A stretch of 64,000 bases of DNA, from contig OZ316893.1 of the NCBI GenBank assembly GCA_973895155.1, forward strand, positions 27,164,110-27,228,109, read 5' to 3'. This document shows positions 14,043 through 25,639 of the stretch, piece after piece; the first letter of the stretch is position 1; each line of letters starts with the position of its first letter. Position numbers and translations under genes: made by a program. The notes under the pieces were generated by a model. That model searched no databases and was not told where the DNA came from. It saw only the letters and a program-made list of their open reading frames with translations. This DNA is from Marsupella aquatica. Lineage: Eukaryota > Plantae > Marchantiophyta.

Positions 14043-15049
14043 GCAGCCTTGCCTCACTCCCCTTTCCAACTGAATGGGTTCTGTTCACCCGACTTTTGTG
14101 TTCCGCTTTAGCCTCTTCCCTAGTTCTGTCCTCAATCCTGCCAAGCTCGCCTAACTGAGACTTAGATGGATTATCCCCCAACTCAGTTCTAAGCTGGTTT
14201 GGCGCATCCCTAGATGCACAATGTTCCTATTTGTCGCTCTCTTTTGCTTCTCCCCAATAAATATCACTTCTATAAATCATAGCAGGCTCAGCACCAAGCC
14301 CTGCAAAATGCCTTTGTCACCTATGACCTGACCGGAAGTAGGATCCTTGTAACCCACACGGAGAGCCTAGCAATATACACACTAGTACAATTTTCAATCA
14401 CTCATTTTTTGCGACTCCTTAGCAATGTTAATTGGGGAGTTCAAGGTTGTCCATGCACCTTGTAAGTGGATGTGCTGCAAACATCCCATCATAAGTAAAA
14501 GGGCTTGTCCACTATCCAAGTTGAATGTCTTAGTGCTAAGTTACATTAGGTGCCCCTTCATGTCCACCATGATGACATTGAGCCACGTTCAAACCTCACA
14601 TGTCTTCCCCTTGCCAAATGTGATAGCCCCTTACATGTGTGACACACCAAGTCACCACTGCCCCTTCCCAAAGCTAAAGAGCCCCTTAGATGTGACACAT
14701 TCAGGACTAATTGTACACTGCCTAACATTCACTAGACCATGTACCAATCGATTAGGCCTTATGAGCGAGAAGAATGAAAAGGGAATGGATGGGGTATGAC
14801 ATGCATGACAGTAAACAGGAAACAGGTTTCTGGTACCAGCAAAAATTTACTGTTACCAGAAAAATGACAATGTAAAAATGTTTCCTAAAAAATCACATTT
14901 ATAAAATAAAAAATTGTCGACAACTTTTTTTGGCTAGCTTTGGGCGTTAGCAAAAAAATATTTTCGACCAAAAAGAAAAAAATTCAAAAAAAATTCAAAA
15001 AAAATTCAAAAAAAATTATCACTCATTTTCCTGTTACCAGTTTTTGTTT

Positions 15050-15256
15050 CCTGTTAATGTTTGCTATTTCCTGTCGTTTGTAAATATCATAAATACCCCA
15101 AATGGATGTCTTGTGCCTTACACTCACAATATGCACAACAACACTCACAATCCCCATCGTCATTGTTTGCTGTTTCCTGTCGTTTATAAATACCCCAAAT
15201 GGATGTCTTGTGCCTTACACTCACAATGTGCACAACAACACTCACAATCCCCATGG
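15050..15256. repeat. Two-copy ~97-bp tandem duplication
   Basis: TAAATACCCCAAATGGATGTCTTGTGCCTTACACTCACAAT..CACAATCCCCAT occurs twice. Confidence 0.85.
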
Positions 15257-16482
15257 TCGCATGGTCTGTAACTTTGTGTCTTTCATGGGCAAAGGTTTAG
15301 GGTGCTACTTCATTGCAACAACATTGGAGCGACCAAGGTTGTGAGCGTTTAAGGAAGTGGGTGTGACCAAGGCTGTTTGAGCTGCGATGCTTGAGCGCCA
15401 ATTCTTGTTCAGTCTCATTCGTGCTAGTTCTTGTTCAGTCTCATTCTTGCTAGTTCTCGTTCAGTCTTGTTCATTGAGAGTTGTAACGCATTGTTCTTTC
15501 TTGGGCGGAGGTGTGTTGCAATACTAGAGCGGGCGACATTGGATGGTCTTGACTCTTCTCAACTGAAGTGCGGGGTTTAGGGTGTCAACTCCTCTCAACT
15601 GATCTTTGGGCGGTGGGGGGTGCGGCTGGTGTTGACTCATCGGTGTGAGAGTCCCATGCAATGCTGTGTGGTGCTTCATTGTGCTTCATAGTGTCTCTTT
15701 GGCACTTCAGGTAGGACTATAAGTGCCATCGTAAGTACTTTGAATTCTCACTGTTATTGTAAAGGGCAACATCGCTCCTCTTGCGATGATCCCCAGCCCC
15801 CTAAGCACTTTAGGGCTTTTCTGTAAGGCCAACCTCTTTATATGCTTCCCATCCTCTGAGGATGATTGAATGTTGGTTCAGTAGAATAGGCTCATAGTTT
15901 GGCTCTCTTGCTCAATTATCTCCTTGTTGTCACTTGCTCTTTGTGTCTCTCTCCAATTTGTTTATACTTTGTTTGTTCATCTTAACTCTCCATCTTCTCT
16001 CTCCTGCTCAATGCTTTCCTCAGCTCTGTTGGTCTCTCTGCCTCTCCTCTCTTCAAGAGTTCACTATTTGGTCGTCCTATTCTCCTCTCTTGCTCAATTC
16101 TCTCCTTTCTCTCTCTCGCTCTGTGTGTCTCACTCCGTCTTGCTCTTCCATCGTCTCCGCTCTCCATTGTCCTCTCTCTTGCACAATTCTCTCTCTCGCT
16201 CCTCAAGTACAAAAATCTCTCCCTCTCGTATGCATGCCCATTGATCACTATAGCAATCTCAGGTCGGGCCGGGATCGAACTTGGATTTCACTATGGAAGT
16301 GTAGATGGGATCATAGTATATTGTTGGCGCTTACATTCTACTTTGGTTGTGAAGCTTCAATTGCTCTAATGCTATACACTAGTATTCTAGTCTATGGAAG
16401 TGTTGTGCAAACTAAGGTGGGGTGCGGGGGGTTTTTCTTTGCCTCTAGTGAGCTGCAATTTCAATTGTAGAGTGCTTATTTT

Positions 16483-17394
16483 CTTCAGGCAGAAATTCCT
16501 GTGCGTCGTTATTTGTATGTGGAGACAGATGAGACAGCACGGAGGGTCTCATTGCGACATGTGGCTATGTTGGTGGATAGATATCCACAATTGCTGCTAG
16601 TGGATGTTGTTTGTGGTTATCAGCATGCACTACCTGTTGATATTTCATTGTTGGGGGCGGATCATCTACATCGTGTTGGCCCCATTGATTTGGTGATTGC
16701 TGGTTGACCATGTCAGGGCCAATCTAGAGCTGGCGTTGGGCATGGACTTCATGATCCACGCTCTGCATTATTTTGGGAGATGTTATGGGTGCTGCGTCAT
16801 CTCTAGCTACATCAGACACAGTCTCCAACATACATTTTGGAGAATGTGCCATTGTTAGGTGATGATCGTAGTCGGATTGTTGCCAGTGTTCACCAGGTGA
16901 GGTCTTGGATTGGACCTGCTATGTTATTGGATACTACATGTGTGGATTCTCGTGCACATCGTCCACGCTTGTGGTGGACTAATTTGATCCCATGTGAGGT
17001 GCTGAAGCGCGCATTTGACAGCATTCCACGCTCACCCGCCTTAGTGGTGGATGCTATTTTGGATCTAGGGCGTCGTGCATAGGGTGTGACCCAACCTGAT
17101 AGACCTCCATTGGCAATGGTCAATGCAGTTGGGCGCCCACGTTGTGCATTACCCACTCTTGTAAGCCACTCTACTTCATATGCATTCAGAGCAGGTGGCC
17201 CTGGACTTGTGTGGGACACAGCTCTCCAGCAGTTAGTGGAACCTACTGCTGATGAGAGAGAGCGTGCTATGGGATTTTTGACTGGCACCACTGTAGTTGC
17301 CTCTGTGTCAGAGGGTTTGCGGCGCCAGGTTCTTGGTCAAGCAATGGATCTGAATTGTTTGACTTGGATTATCAGCTTGGGAGTAGCTGAATAG
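16483..17394 (+). pseudogene. DNMT3-like C5 cytosine DNA methyltransferase domain inside the gypsy pol frame
   Basis: One reading frame gives VRRYLYVETD (motif II), DIS (III), PIDLVIAG*PCQGQSRAG (IV, catalytic PC at 16708-16713), DPRSALFWE (V), YILENVP (VI), AHRPRLWWTNL (VIII), ERERAMGF (IX) and LGQAMD (X). Motif I (FxGxG) was not found and appears lost with the truncation. Confidence 0.88.
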
Positions 17395-20300
17395 TTGCGG
17401 ATGCGCTCTGCTGGAATTACTGATTGTCCCTTGGTGAGCTTGCGGTCCACTGAGACAGTACTGACCACAGTTGGGGGCGAGCAGATAGTCCATGGACCTA
17501 TGGCAGGATTGGCCAAGGCTGGACAGATTGTTGAGCAGGAAGGGACTGCTCAATCTACTACTAAATAGCAATCATTGGCTATCTCTTCTACCCTACAAAG
17601 AGATATTAGGGATTTGGTGGAGAGTTGGGAACCATAGCTTGGCCTTAAGTTGACAGGGGAGGAGAGACGTTGCATGCATCGATTCCCGAAGAGTTACTGG
17701 AATTGTTTTGCATTTAGCATGAAGGATTTGGGGACATTAAAGGGTCCTGGTATTCAGATTGAATTGGCTAGTGATGCGCCAATCTTTCGTAGGCCATATC
17801 ATTACAGTGACATGGAAAAGAGCTTTGATTCAAAGCATAACTCAAGATTTGTTGGAGGCTGGATTGGTGGAGATTTCATATGGGGAGTATGCATCTACCA
17901 CAGTGATGCCAGCCAAGAAGGATGTGCATGGCAATTACACAGATAGGCGCATGTGTGGTGATTACAAACCCATTAATCGCCAGACAAAATCTGATAGATA
18001 TGCCATGCCCACACCTGAGGAGATCTTTGATGCTGTGGGACATGCAAAGGTTTTCAGTTCATTGGATCTGAGGGTAGGGTACCATCAGCTTCCAATTAGG
18101 CATGCTGACTGGTCCAAGATAGTATTCTGGGGGATTGATTCTTATGGCAAAGATCGTTTGTATCAGTGGTATTCTTACCATTTGGGTTGAAGAATGCACC
18201 AGCTGAGTTCCAGAGAGTCATGGATCGAATCCTTGTAGGTTTGGATTTTGTCAGATGTTATATTGATGATATTTTGGTTTATTCTTCTATTGTGGAAGAA
18301 CATCAGCAGCACTTGTAGATTGTGTTGGAGAGATTGAGAGCACATGGGTTGAAGCTCCATCCTAGCAAGTGTAAGTTCTTCCAAGACCAAATTGAGTATT
18401 TGGGCCACGCTATATACCCAGGGGGATTGGGTGTACAGCAGACTAAAGTGGAGGCCATTACACAGATTCCTTGTCCTACTGATGTGAGTAGAGTTCATGC
18501 ATTCTTGGGATTGGCGAGCTACTAAAGGAGGTATGTTAAAGGATTTAGCCAGCTTGCTAAACCTTTGACCATACTCACTAAGTTGGATCAGGAATGGATT
18601 TGGGATGATGACCAAGAGCATGCCTTTCAGGAGTTGAAGCAAAGGTTGGCACCATCCCCTATTTTGAGAAGACCCATTTCAGGCAGACCATTTCAACTAC
18701 ACACTGATTGGAGTGGAGTAGGACTTGGAGCAGTGCTGACTCAGAAGGATGATGAGGGGAATGAGTTTGTTGTGGCTTATGCCAGTAGATCAAACAATTC
18801 AGCAGAGGCTAAGTATAGCTCTTATGAGGGAGAGTGTTTGGCAGCAGTGACTGTGGGCTGTTGCACATTTTCGTTGCTACTTGTTTGGTAACCCCTTCAC
18901 CTTGATCATTGATCATCAACCTCTTAAGTGGTTAATGGAGTTTGACAAGCTTACAGGGAAGCTTGCACGATGGGCGTTGTTACAGGAGTATGATTTCCAG
19001 GTGGTGCATAGGCCTGGAAAAGTGAACTTGGATGCAGATGGATTAAACCGCAATCCATGTACCAGTCAGCAAGATGAGACTGGAGCCAGATGGCATGATG
19101 AGTCAGATAAGGAGATGGTGCCAGGATGGCATGCATCTGCCTTTCTTTGTTGGGTGCCAGCATATAGTGGATCCGTGGACTCTACCTCATTGGATGGAGT
19201 GAATGAGGAGTCTTCAGATGTGGATGTTGGTGAGGTAACTTCTGGACAACAAGATATTCACAATGATGTGAGAGTGTTGGAATATCTGCGTAGTGGTTCT
19301 ATTGTTGGCAGTGTTGATGCCAAAGAACGTGACAGGGTCCTACAGAGAGCCAAGAGGTTTCGATGGGAGGGAAACCATCTTTTGAGAGTATTGCATGATG
19401 GTAGGGTGTTGGTGGTACCAAAACCATCACAACAAGTACATTTGGTGCGACATGCACACGAGGAGTTGGGGCACTTTGGTGTGAAGCACACTTATAGCTT
19501 GCTACAGACACAGTATTGGTGGCATGGTATGCACATTCATGTCCAGCAGTTGATAGCTAAGTGTGTGGTATGTGATAGAGTGAGAGCATCATTTAATGCT
19601 CCCACTCCCCAGTTGCACCCGTTGCCGATCATGGGTTTGGGATATCATTGGAGTTTGGATTTTGCTGGTCCATTACCTCTTACCCAACGTCATAATCGGT
19701 ATGTTTTGGTCATGGTGGAGCACTTCTCCAAATGGATTGAGCTAGTGGGATTACCCGATAAAGCTAGTGGAGGAGTTGCTACTACATTTTTGGATTGTGT
19801 ACTCAGTCATTTTGGAGCACCAGCTGAGGTGTTGACTGATCAGGGAACTGAGTTCCGTGGAGAGTTTGAGAGTTTGTGTGAACAAGCTCTGATTGATCAT
19901 CGTACTACCTCTCGTGATCATCCTGAGGCAGATGGATTAGCTGAGAGAGTTGTGCAAACTGTGAAGAGAGGATTGCGTAAGTATGGCTTGCAGGTTAGTC
20001 ATTTGGGAGATTGAGATCTCGAGCTACATTGGTTAGCTATGGGCTACCATTTCAGTCGGCAAGCATCACTTGCATCCTTCTCACCTTACTTTTTGCTCTA
20101 TGGTAGAGAGCTAGATTTGCCAGCAGCTATTCGTCGTGATGCTGCACCAGTTGTGAACTTGGATGATCTTGATGTTTGGATCAAGGTGTGTTCAGAGAGA
20201 GCACGGGTATTTCAGAGAGTGATGCCCATGGATTTTGACAACCTTGCCATTGCCCAACATCATGATACTTTGAGGTATGCCACTATTCGTGGAGGAGGTT

Positions 20301-20554
20301 ACCGTGCAAGCATTCGACAATTTCATCCTGGTGATTATGTTTATTTGCAGCAGACAGCACCCACAACACTTGATGTGACCGCAGGCCAGACAATCTTACG
20401 TGTCCGTGAAGTGTTGCCTTCTGGTGTCTTGATGTTGGAGGGACGCGATGGTATGGTTTGGAAGGATCATGTGCGCAATTGTGCACCATGTCACCTTCCC
20501 AACATTGATGGTACAGTAGAGCCAAGCTTGGCACATGTTCGTGTTGGCTTGAAA

Positions 20555-20694
20555 TGTATATTGTGTGGATTTGCTCAGGGAGCAGCTACTATGTTGATTT
20601 GTGATAAGTGTTCTTGAGGATGGCACATGTCGTGTTTGACACCACCATGCAGGTGATTCCTAGTGGATCATGGTTGTGTCCTCAGTGTCGGTGA
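20555..20694 (+). pseudogene. PHD finger at the C-terminus of the gypsy integrase
   Basis: CILC..MLICDKCS*GWHMSCLTPP, then after a 1-nt frameshift QVIPSGSWLCPQCR*. This is the C4-H-C3 pattern with the conserved Trp. Confidence 0.85.
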
Positions 20695-20869
20695 AGCCGA
20701 CTAGTTATCATTTGTGTTCTCTTGGCAGATATGGATTGCAGGTAGGTGATCAATGGGGCTCACTTGCACCCGGCCCCCTGATCTTCACACCTAAAAAGGT
20801 GTATATCAACCTTGTAGAACTCACGGCTAGCTAGAGTTAGGGGACCTTACTCCCAGCTAGGGGGGCAAT

Positions 20870-21005
20870 TGTGGGTTTTGGACATGTGTGGACATGAGTT
20901 CCACTTTTATTCCATTCTCTTGTGTTTGTGATTTGGCAGTGTGACTATGTCTGGATGTATGTGACAAGCGATGTATGTTGTGTAGCGATGTGTATGCGCA
21001 CGACA
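20870..21005 (+). repeat. Short LTR (136 bp, TGT...ACA) of the methyltransferase-carrying gypsy element
   Basis: Follows the PPT, starts TGTGGGTTTTGG and ends GCGCACGACA. A near-identical second copy lies at 21338-21473. Confidence 0.85.
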
Positions 21006-21337
21006 GCTGTCACACCATTCTAGGTAGTGTTAGAGTGTATCGTACTATCTAGATCCGTATGTTTGGTATGTGTGCTCTATGAGCCAATAAGGTTCCGTCC
21101 GGTTTGTGTGAGAGGGTACTTCTCACTTGTGAGGCATTGAAAGGTCATCTTTCAATGTTGAGGCTTGGAGAGAGAGGAGCTTGAGTGGCTATGGTGGCTA
21201 TGAGCTCCGCTTGTGTAACGTGCATTCCTTGAGTAGTGCAAGGTGCATTGGCTTGACATACGTGTGTGATCGGATTGGTGCGAGATCGATGGGGTATTGT
21301 TGACCGGGATCGTTGTGCCGATTGTTGAGGAGATTAT

Positions 21338-21473
21338 TGTGGGTTTTGGACATGTGTGGACATGAGTTCCACTTTTATTCCATTCTCTTGTGTTTGTGAT
21401 GTGGCAGTGTGACTATGTCTGGATGTATGTGACAAGCAATGTATGTTGTGTAGTGATGTGTATGCGCACGACA
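21338..21473 (+). repeat. Second copy of the 136-bp LTR
   Basis: Direct repeat of 20870-21005 with only a few substitutions. Confidence 0.85.
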
Positions 21474-21632
21474 ACATCCATATAGTGAGACCCCTAAGTG
21501 TTTTCCCTAGCTCTTTTGGCTTCCACCATGGCAAACAAGAATTTTGATGGCTCATCCCCCTATCCAAGCTAATTAATCCTAGCAATACTCTTATTATGAT
21601 GAGCTTCTTCTAGTTCCCTTTCTCTTACATTC

Positions 21633-24600
21633 TGTGACGTCGCCGGTACGGTGGCTAATAAATGATTCGGCCTAACCACGCTTAACACGCGCAGTAGAGG
21701 TATCTTAGGCCGTAATTATTAGCATAACGACAGTATTTAGGTAGCCATTATGAGTAGAAAATCATTAGTCAATAAGGGGCATTCATGTTCGGGCTGGTGG
21801 CGGGTTGCCATTCGCATGCCCGGGTTGCGAGCGTGTAATGGGCCCTCCCCTTTCCCCCTCGGGTCTGTATAACAAACTTTGGGAGGTGGCCACTGACACG
21901 CGCTGACCCAGACTGGTGGAGTGGCCGGTACACTGCAAGCGTGAAAGGCTCGGCATATAAGCGATGAGGAAGCGACGGGCGATCAATGAGCTCTCAGGGT
22001 ATAAAAAGGGGGTCGATCCTTTGCAGTGCACCAATTCTTCAGTCCACGCGCCAGCTTCGACCCTAGTTCTCTCGCTTATCTTTAGTCGCCTTCCATCTCC
22101 TTTGAATGTCGCACACGATCCTTTCCAGTTTGGCCATATGATTCTGGACGCAGTTCCTGTCTATTGGAGGGCACTTGGCCGACTCGTTGAAACACGCCAA
22201 CCCGTGACAATACGAGATTGAACGCGAGTACAAGAGAGCCATCCGCCTAGCAGGCCTCCATCACTATCTCCTTAACTTTGATTACCCGTCCCAGAGCGAG
22301 CTTTACCAACCCGAAGAAATATCAGGGTACTTCTTCAACGGAGGCAAATATATCGGCTTCTGGGAGACATTGCTTTGGCTCCCGGACAAGGTCTTCAATA
22401 TCCCGGGCACGATCGACTTACAACGGCACCACTTTGACCATATCCCCGCTCGGGTCCAAGACATCATCAACAGCAAGTCCAGTGCTACCCGATCTACAAG
22501 GGCGTCTACACTTGCATCAGAAAACCTCTACCGGCACCTACAAAATTTCATGGCAACTACACCATCGATCACCGGTGCCAGCCCAGCCATGCTCGTACCC
22601 GCACCAGTCCAGGCTCAGGCTCAGTCTCAGCCTCAACCTCAACCTCAACCTAGCCGATCCCCACCGCCGGTCGCCCCGCCAGTACAAGTACACTTCGTCG
22701 TCAACGTTGTGGACCTCAACGACGATGAAGACGATACCTTGCCCCTGCTCAGGCAGCCTAGAGGAGCAAGCACCCAGGGAGCCGGCACTACATTGGCCCT
22801 TCCCCAGACCCGGACTCGAGTAGCAGCTCCAGCGGATAACACGGTGACCGTAGCCTCCCCGGCCCCAATACTAACGGCGGTGGCACTACCCATACCCGAT
22901 TGGGAGGATGGGGAGGTGTCACCCTCCCCAAGCCATCACGGGAGCCAATCTCGGGGAAAGAAGAGGAAGGAACCCGCAGCTGTATCCGGGCTACCCATGG
23001 CCACGGTAGCCGCGGCCAAGGTAACAATGCACCGCATGGGGGAAAACGTGCATAAGAACATCCTCCACCCAAACATGCGGTGTACTTGAAGACTCGGGGG
23101 TTCGAGCACCTCGCCTCTCTCCCCTGGAACACCTACAGATACTATAGGGAGGACATGACAAAGTTCATCAAGAATTATGACGACGTCCGTCAACATACTC
23201 GGCTGCGGGGAAGGAATATGTCCCTCATAGAGGAGCGGCTCAAGATGATCTTTGGGCTACCCGAGGGCGATCACCGAGTCGAATCACGGGCTCTCGGGGG
23301 CAAGGGAGCCAAGTACCAATCATTGAGTTTTCCCTCTGAGGGGTCAGTGGACAACGGGTTCGTGATGAGGACCTGCCTCATCCTCGAGATAGCTGAGCGG
23401 CTGGAGTTCCAGAGGTATGCCCTCCACATGATGGAACCCCGGGGCGAGATCTCCGCTGCCCAGGTTATCTAGGTTGAGACCTATCAACCTAGGAAGTGGG
23501 CTTTGTACTTCGCTAAGAAGTTCCATGAAGAGATGGAGCGGAAAAGGAAGTCGCTATACATCGGCAGGAAGACGTATTTCGCGAGCCACATCGAGATCAT
23601 TCTCGAGTGGTACACCCGGTTTGATCAACAAACCCTTCCCCAGGTCAACGTAACTAAGTTGGTCCCGACTAAGTGGATCTTCCCGGCCTTGGAGAGACGG
23701 CCTCAACCCGAGGCCCAAAGTTTGGCGGCAACGCAAGCCCCACCCATCCAACCTCCACAGGTAGCGATAGTCATGGCCGAAGAAGTACCAGAAGAGGCAG
23801 TGATCGCAACCTTAGACGCGATCAACCAGGTCAGGCCTGGTGCAGAAGTCGGGGCGGTGGAGGCCTTGCCCGAGCCTGAGGGTCCAGAAGACCCACTAGT
23901 GGCTATTCCACAGGACAGGCCGATGGTGGAGGAGGACACTCCAACCCCTTCCAACACTACATCCCCAGGGCTGGATGTCACTACCCCGGCTCCCACGCGA
24001 GTTAACGTCTGCCCGTGCCCAACTCCAGACGGGCATAACCTGGACCACTCGGAACTCTTCGTACCGGGTACATTTCTAAATGGGCTTTTGGGAGATTTCT
24101 CCCAACAAATAGCCTGGGATACCGAGGAGTCCATGGCTCGGAAGGTAGCCTACTTCTTCAATCAAGAGTTGGTTACCGCAGTAAAGGCAGATCAGGCTCA
24201 ATCGGAGGCCCTTCAGCGGATAGAGCGGTACTGGGTTGAGTCCGTGTACCTAAAGGATGAAGTTGCGGCTCAAGAGGCGGAGCTTCTGCAACTACGACCC
24301 AAGGTTGCAGCCGCCGATGAGTTGTTAGCAAATGCGCATGCCCTTACCGCCTTAGCCGAATAGGCCAAAGCCGGGAAGGAGGCCAAGATTGCACGGCTTC
24401 GGACCCAGGTTGACGTACAATTTGAAGAACCAAACTGTCATCTGGCACAAAGACCTAGAGGAGGCCAAAGAGCGGGCCCAGCGTGACACTGCAGAGATTG
24501 CCACTTTGCAGGCCGAAGTGGCATGGCTTCAAGCCGAAGCCGAGAAACAGACCCAGGTGGTGGATAAGCTGAAGAGCAACGCCCAGCAACTGGAAGAGGC

Positions 24601-25639
24601 ATACCAGGAGGCAGCTGAGGAGACGGACGCGGCAAAGCAAGAAAATGAATCTCTGCTGGACCAAGTCCAGCTCCTCAAGGCGGCAACGATAGACTCCGTA
24701 GGCAACGGGATGGCTGCTCCCACTCGGACGGCTCTGGCAAGCGCACCAGATATTAGCGGAGGGTTAGGCTTAAAATACACTTAGGAGTAGCTAAAACAGG
24801 CTGGTAGGACAAGTGCCGGCCAAAAGATAGCGGCGCTGACACATTAGCCAGCCTGTGTAGAATAGGTTAGACTAATAGGACAAGCAGGCACCAGCTTAGC
24901 AAGGATATAAGTTAGCGTAGATTCTGGCACGAGGCCAGATCGGTCCTCAGCCCTTAGTATTTTGCGGCCCCCCAGTAGAGGTTAGGGAAGGGGAATTTTA
25001 GACTCAGAGGTTGGCCATTCGCAGTACGCGCGGGGAGTCCCAAACTCGGTGAAGTATCGGAGTGCCAAGAGGAGGGTATACGACTAAGCTCGTTGGGCAA
25101 GTGCGGAGCTGGGCTCCGTTGTAGTGTATACTCCTTGGCCTTGGGCCCGTTCGTTCATGAGGTGTCGGGTCAACCAATCGTAAAGTGTATGATCATAAAT
25201 GAATGAAATCCTTTCTCCTTAATTCCTTCGTGTAAATCAAGATTTTTGTTATGTATGAATGCATGTATGAGTCTCGTGTGCAAGTATCAACGTCGGGCCG
25301 AACACGTTATGCCAACCGTGCACGGGGTGCCGGATACGGGTATGGGGTTGCGAGCCCGGGTTGAGCCCTTGTACTAATGGATCCGGATCGAAGGCGATAA
25401 CATGAAGGCTTAGAAGTCTGTGAGCCGGGATCGACCCCATGTCGACTAAGGTACGTTCCGGCAGCGGAACACAAACTATACCTAGGAGGTGTCTATACAT
25501 AATAGTAAGCGCACTTAGCGCTAGTTTACGTGAGTTAGGAGCATTCTATGCGTCCCTCCCTACCCGAACCCTCATATTTATGAAAATTGTGCCTGTCTAA
25601 GCCAAAGCCCGGGGTAAGGCCTAGGCAGACGACGTGACA
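21633..25639 (+). mobile_element. About 4.0-kb solo LTR-like insertion containing a long degenerate ORF
   Basis: Termini TGTGACGTCG...CGACGTGACA form a 9/10 inverted match. The flanks CATTC and CATTT are a 5-bp TSD with one mismatch. LINE ORF2 sequence resumes on both sides. TATA-like TATAAAAAGGGG at about 22000. Confidence 0.8.
22106..24784 (+). pseudogene. Degenerate ~890-codon ORF of unknown function inside the solo LTR (Pro/Gln-rich segments, C-terminal coiled coil)
   Basis: The ATG at 22106 is in frame with ORF 22370-23089 across two TGA codons. ORFs 23080-23472 and 23503-24363 share a frame across a TAG. Frameshifts lie near 23080 and about 24430. The tail EIATLQAEVAWLQAEAEKQTQVVDKLKSNAQQLEE is heptad-like. 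Confidence 0.7.

Larger units (their letters stand above)
16480..21473 (+). mobile_element. Decayed, 5'-truncated Ty3/gypsy LTR retrotransposon with domain order C5-DNA methyltransferase, RT, RNase H, integrase, PHD finger
   Basis: RT: RMCGDYKPIN, FSSLDLRVGYHQ, PFGLKNAPAEFQR, CYIDDIL. RNase H: LHTDWSGVGLGAVL, YSSYEGECLA. Integrase: HEELGH..CVVC, SLDFAGP, LTDQGTEF, GLAERVV. A PPT AGGGGGG precedes the LTR at 20870. There are several premature stops and frameshifts. Confidence 0.93.

Noticed and set aside
14050-15050. Possible decayed DNA-transposon remnant
   Set aside because: There are short repeated TTCCTGTTACCAG-like motifs, but I could not support a transposase motif, TIR pair or TSD.
15924-16470. 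ORFs upstream of the methyltransferase as gag, protease or motif I
   Set aside because: The sequence is CT-rich and low in complexity, with no FxGxG, D(S/T)G or CCHC motif.
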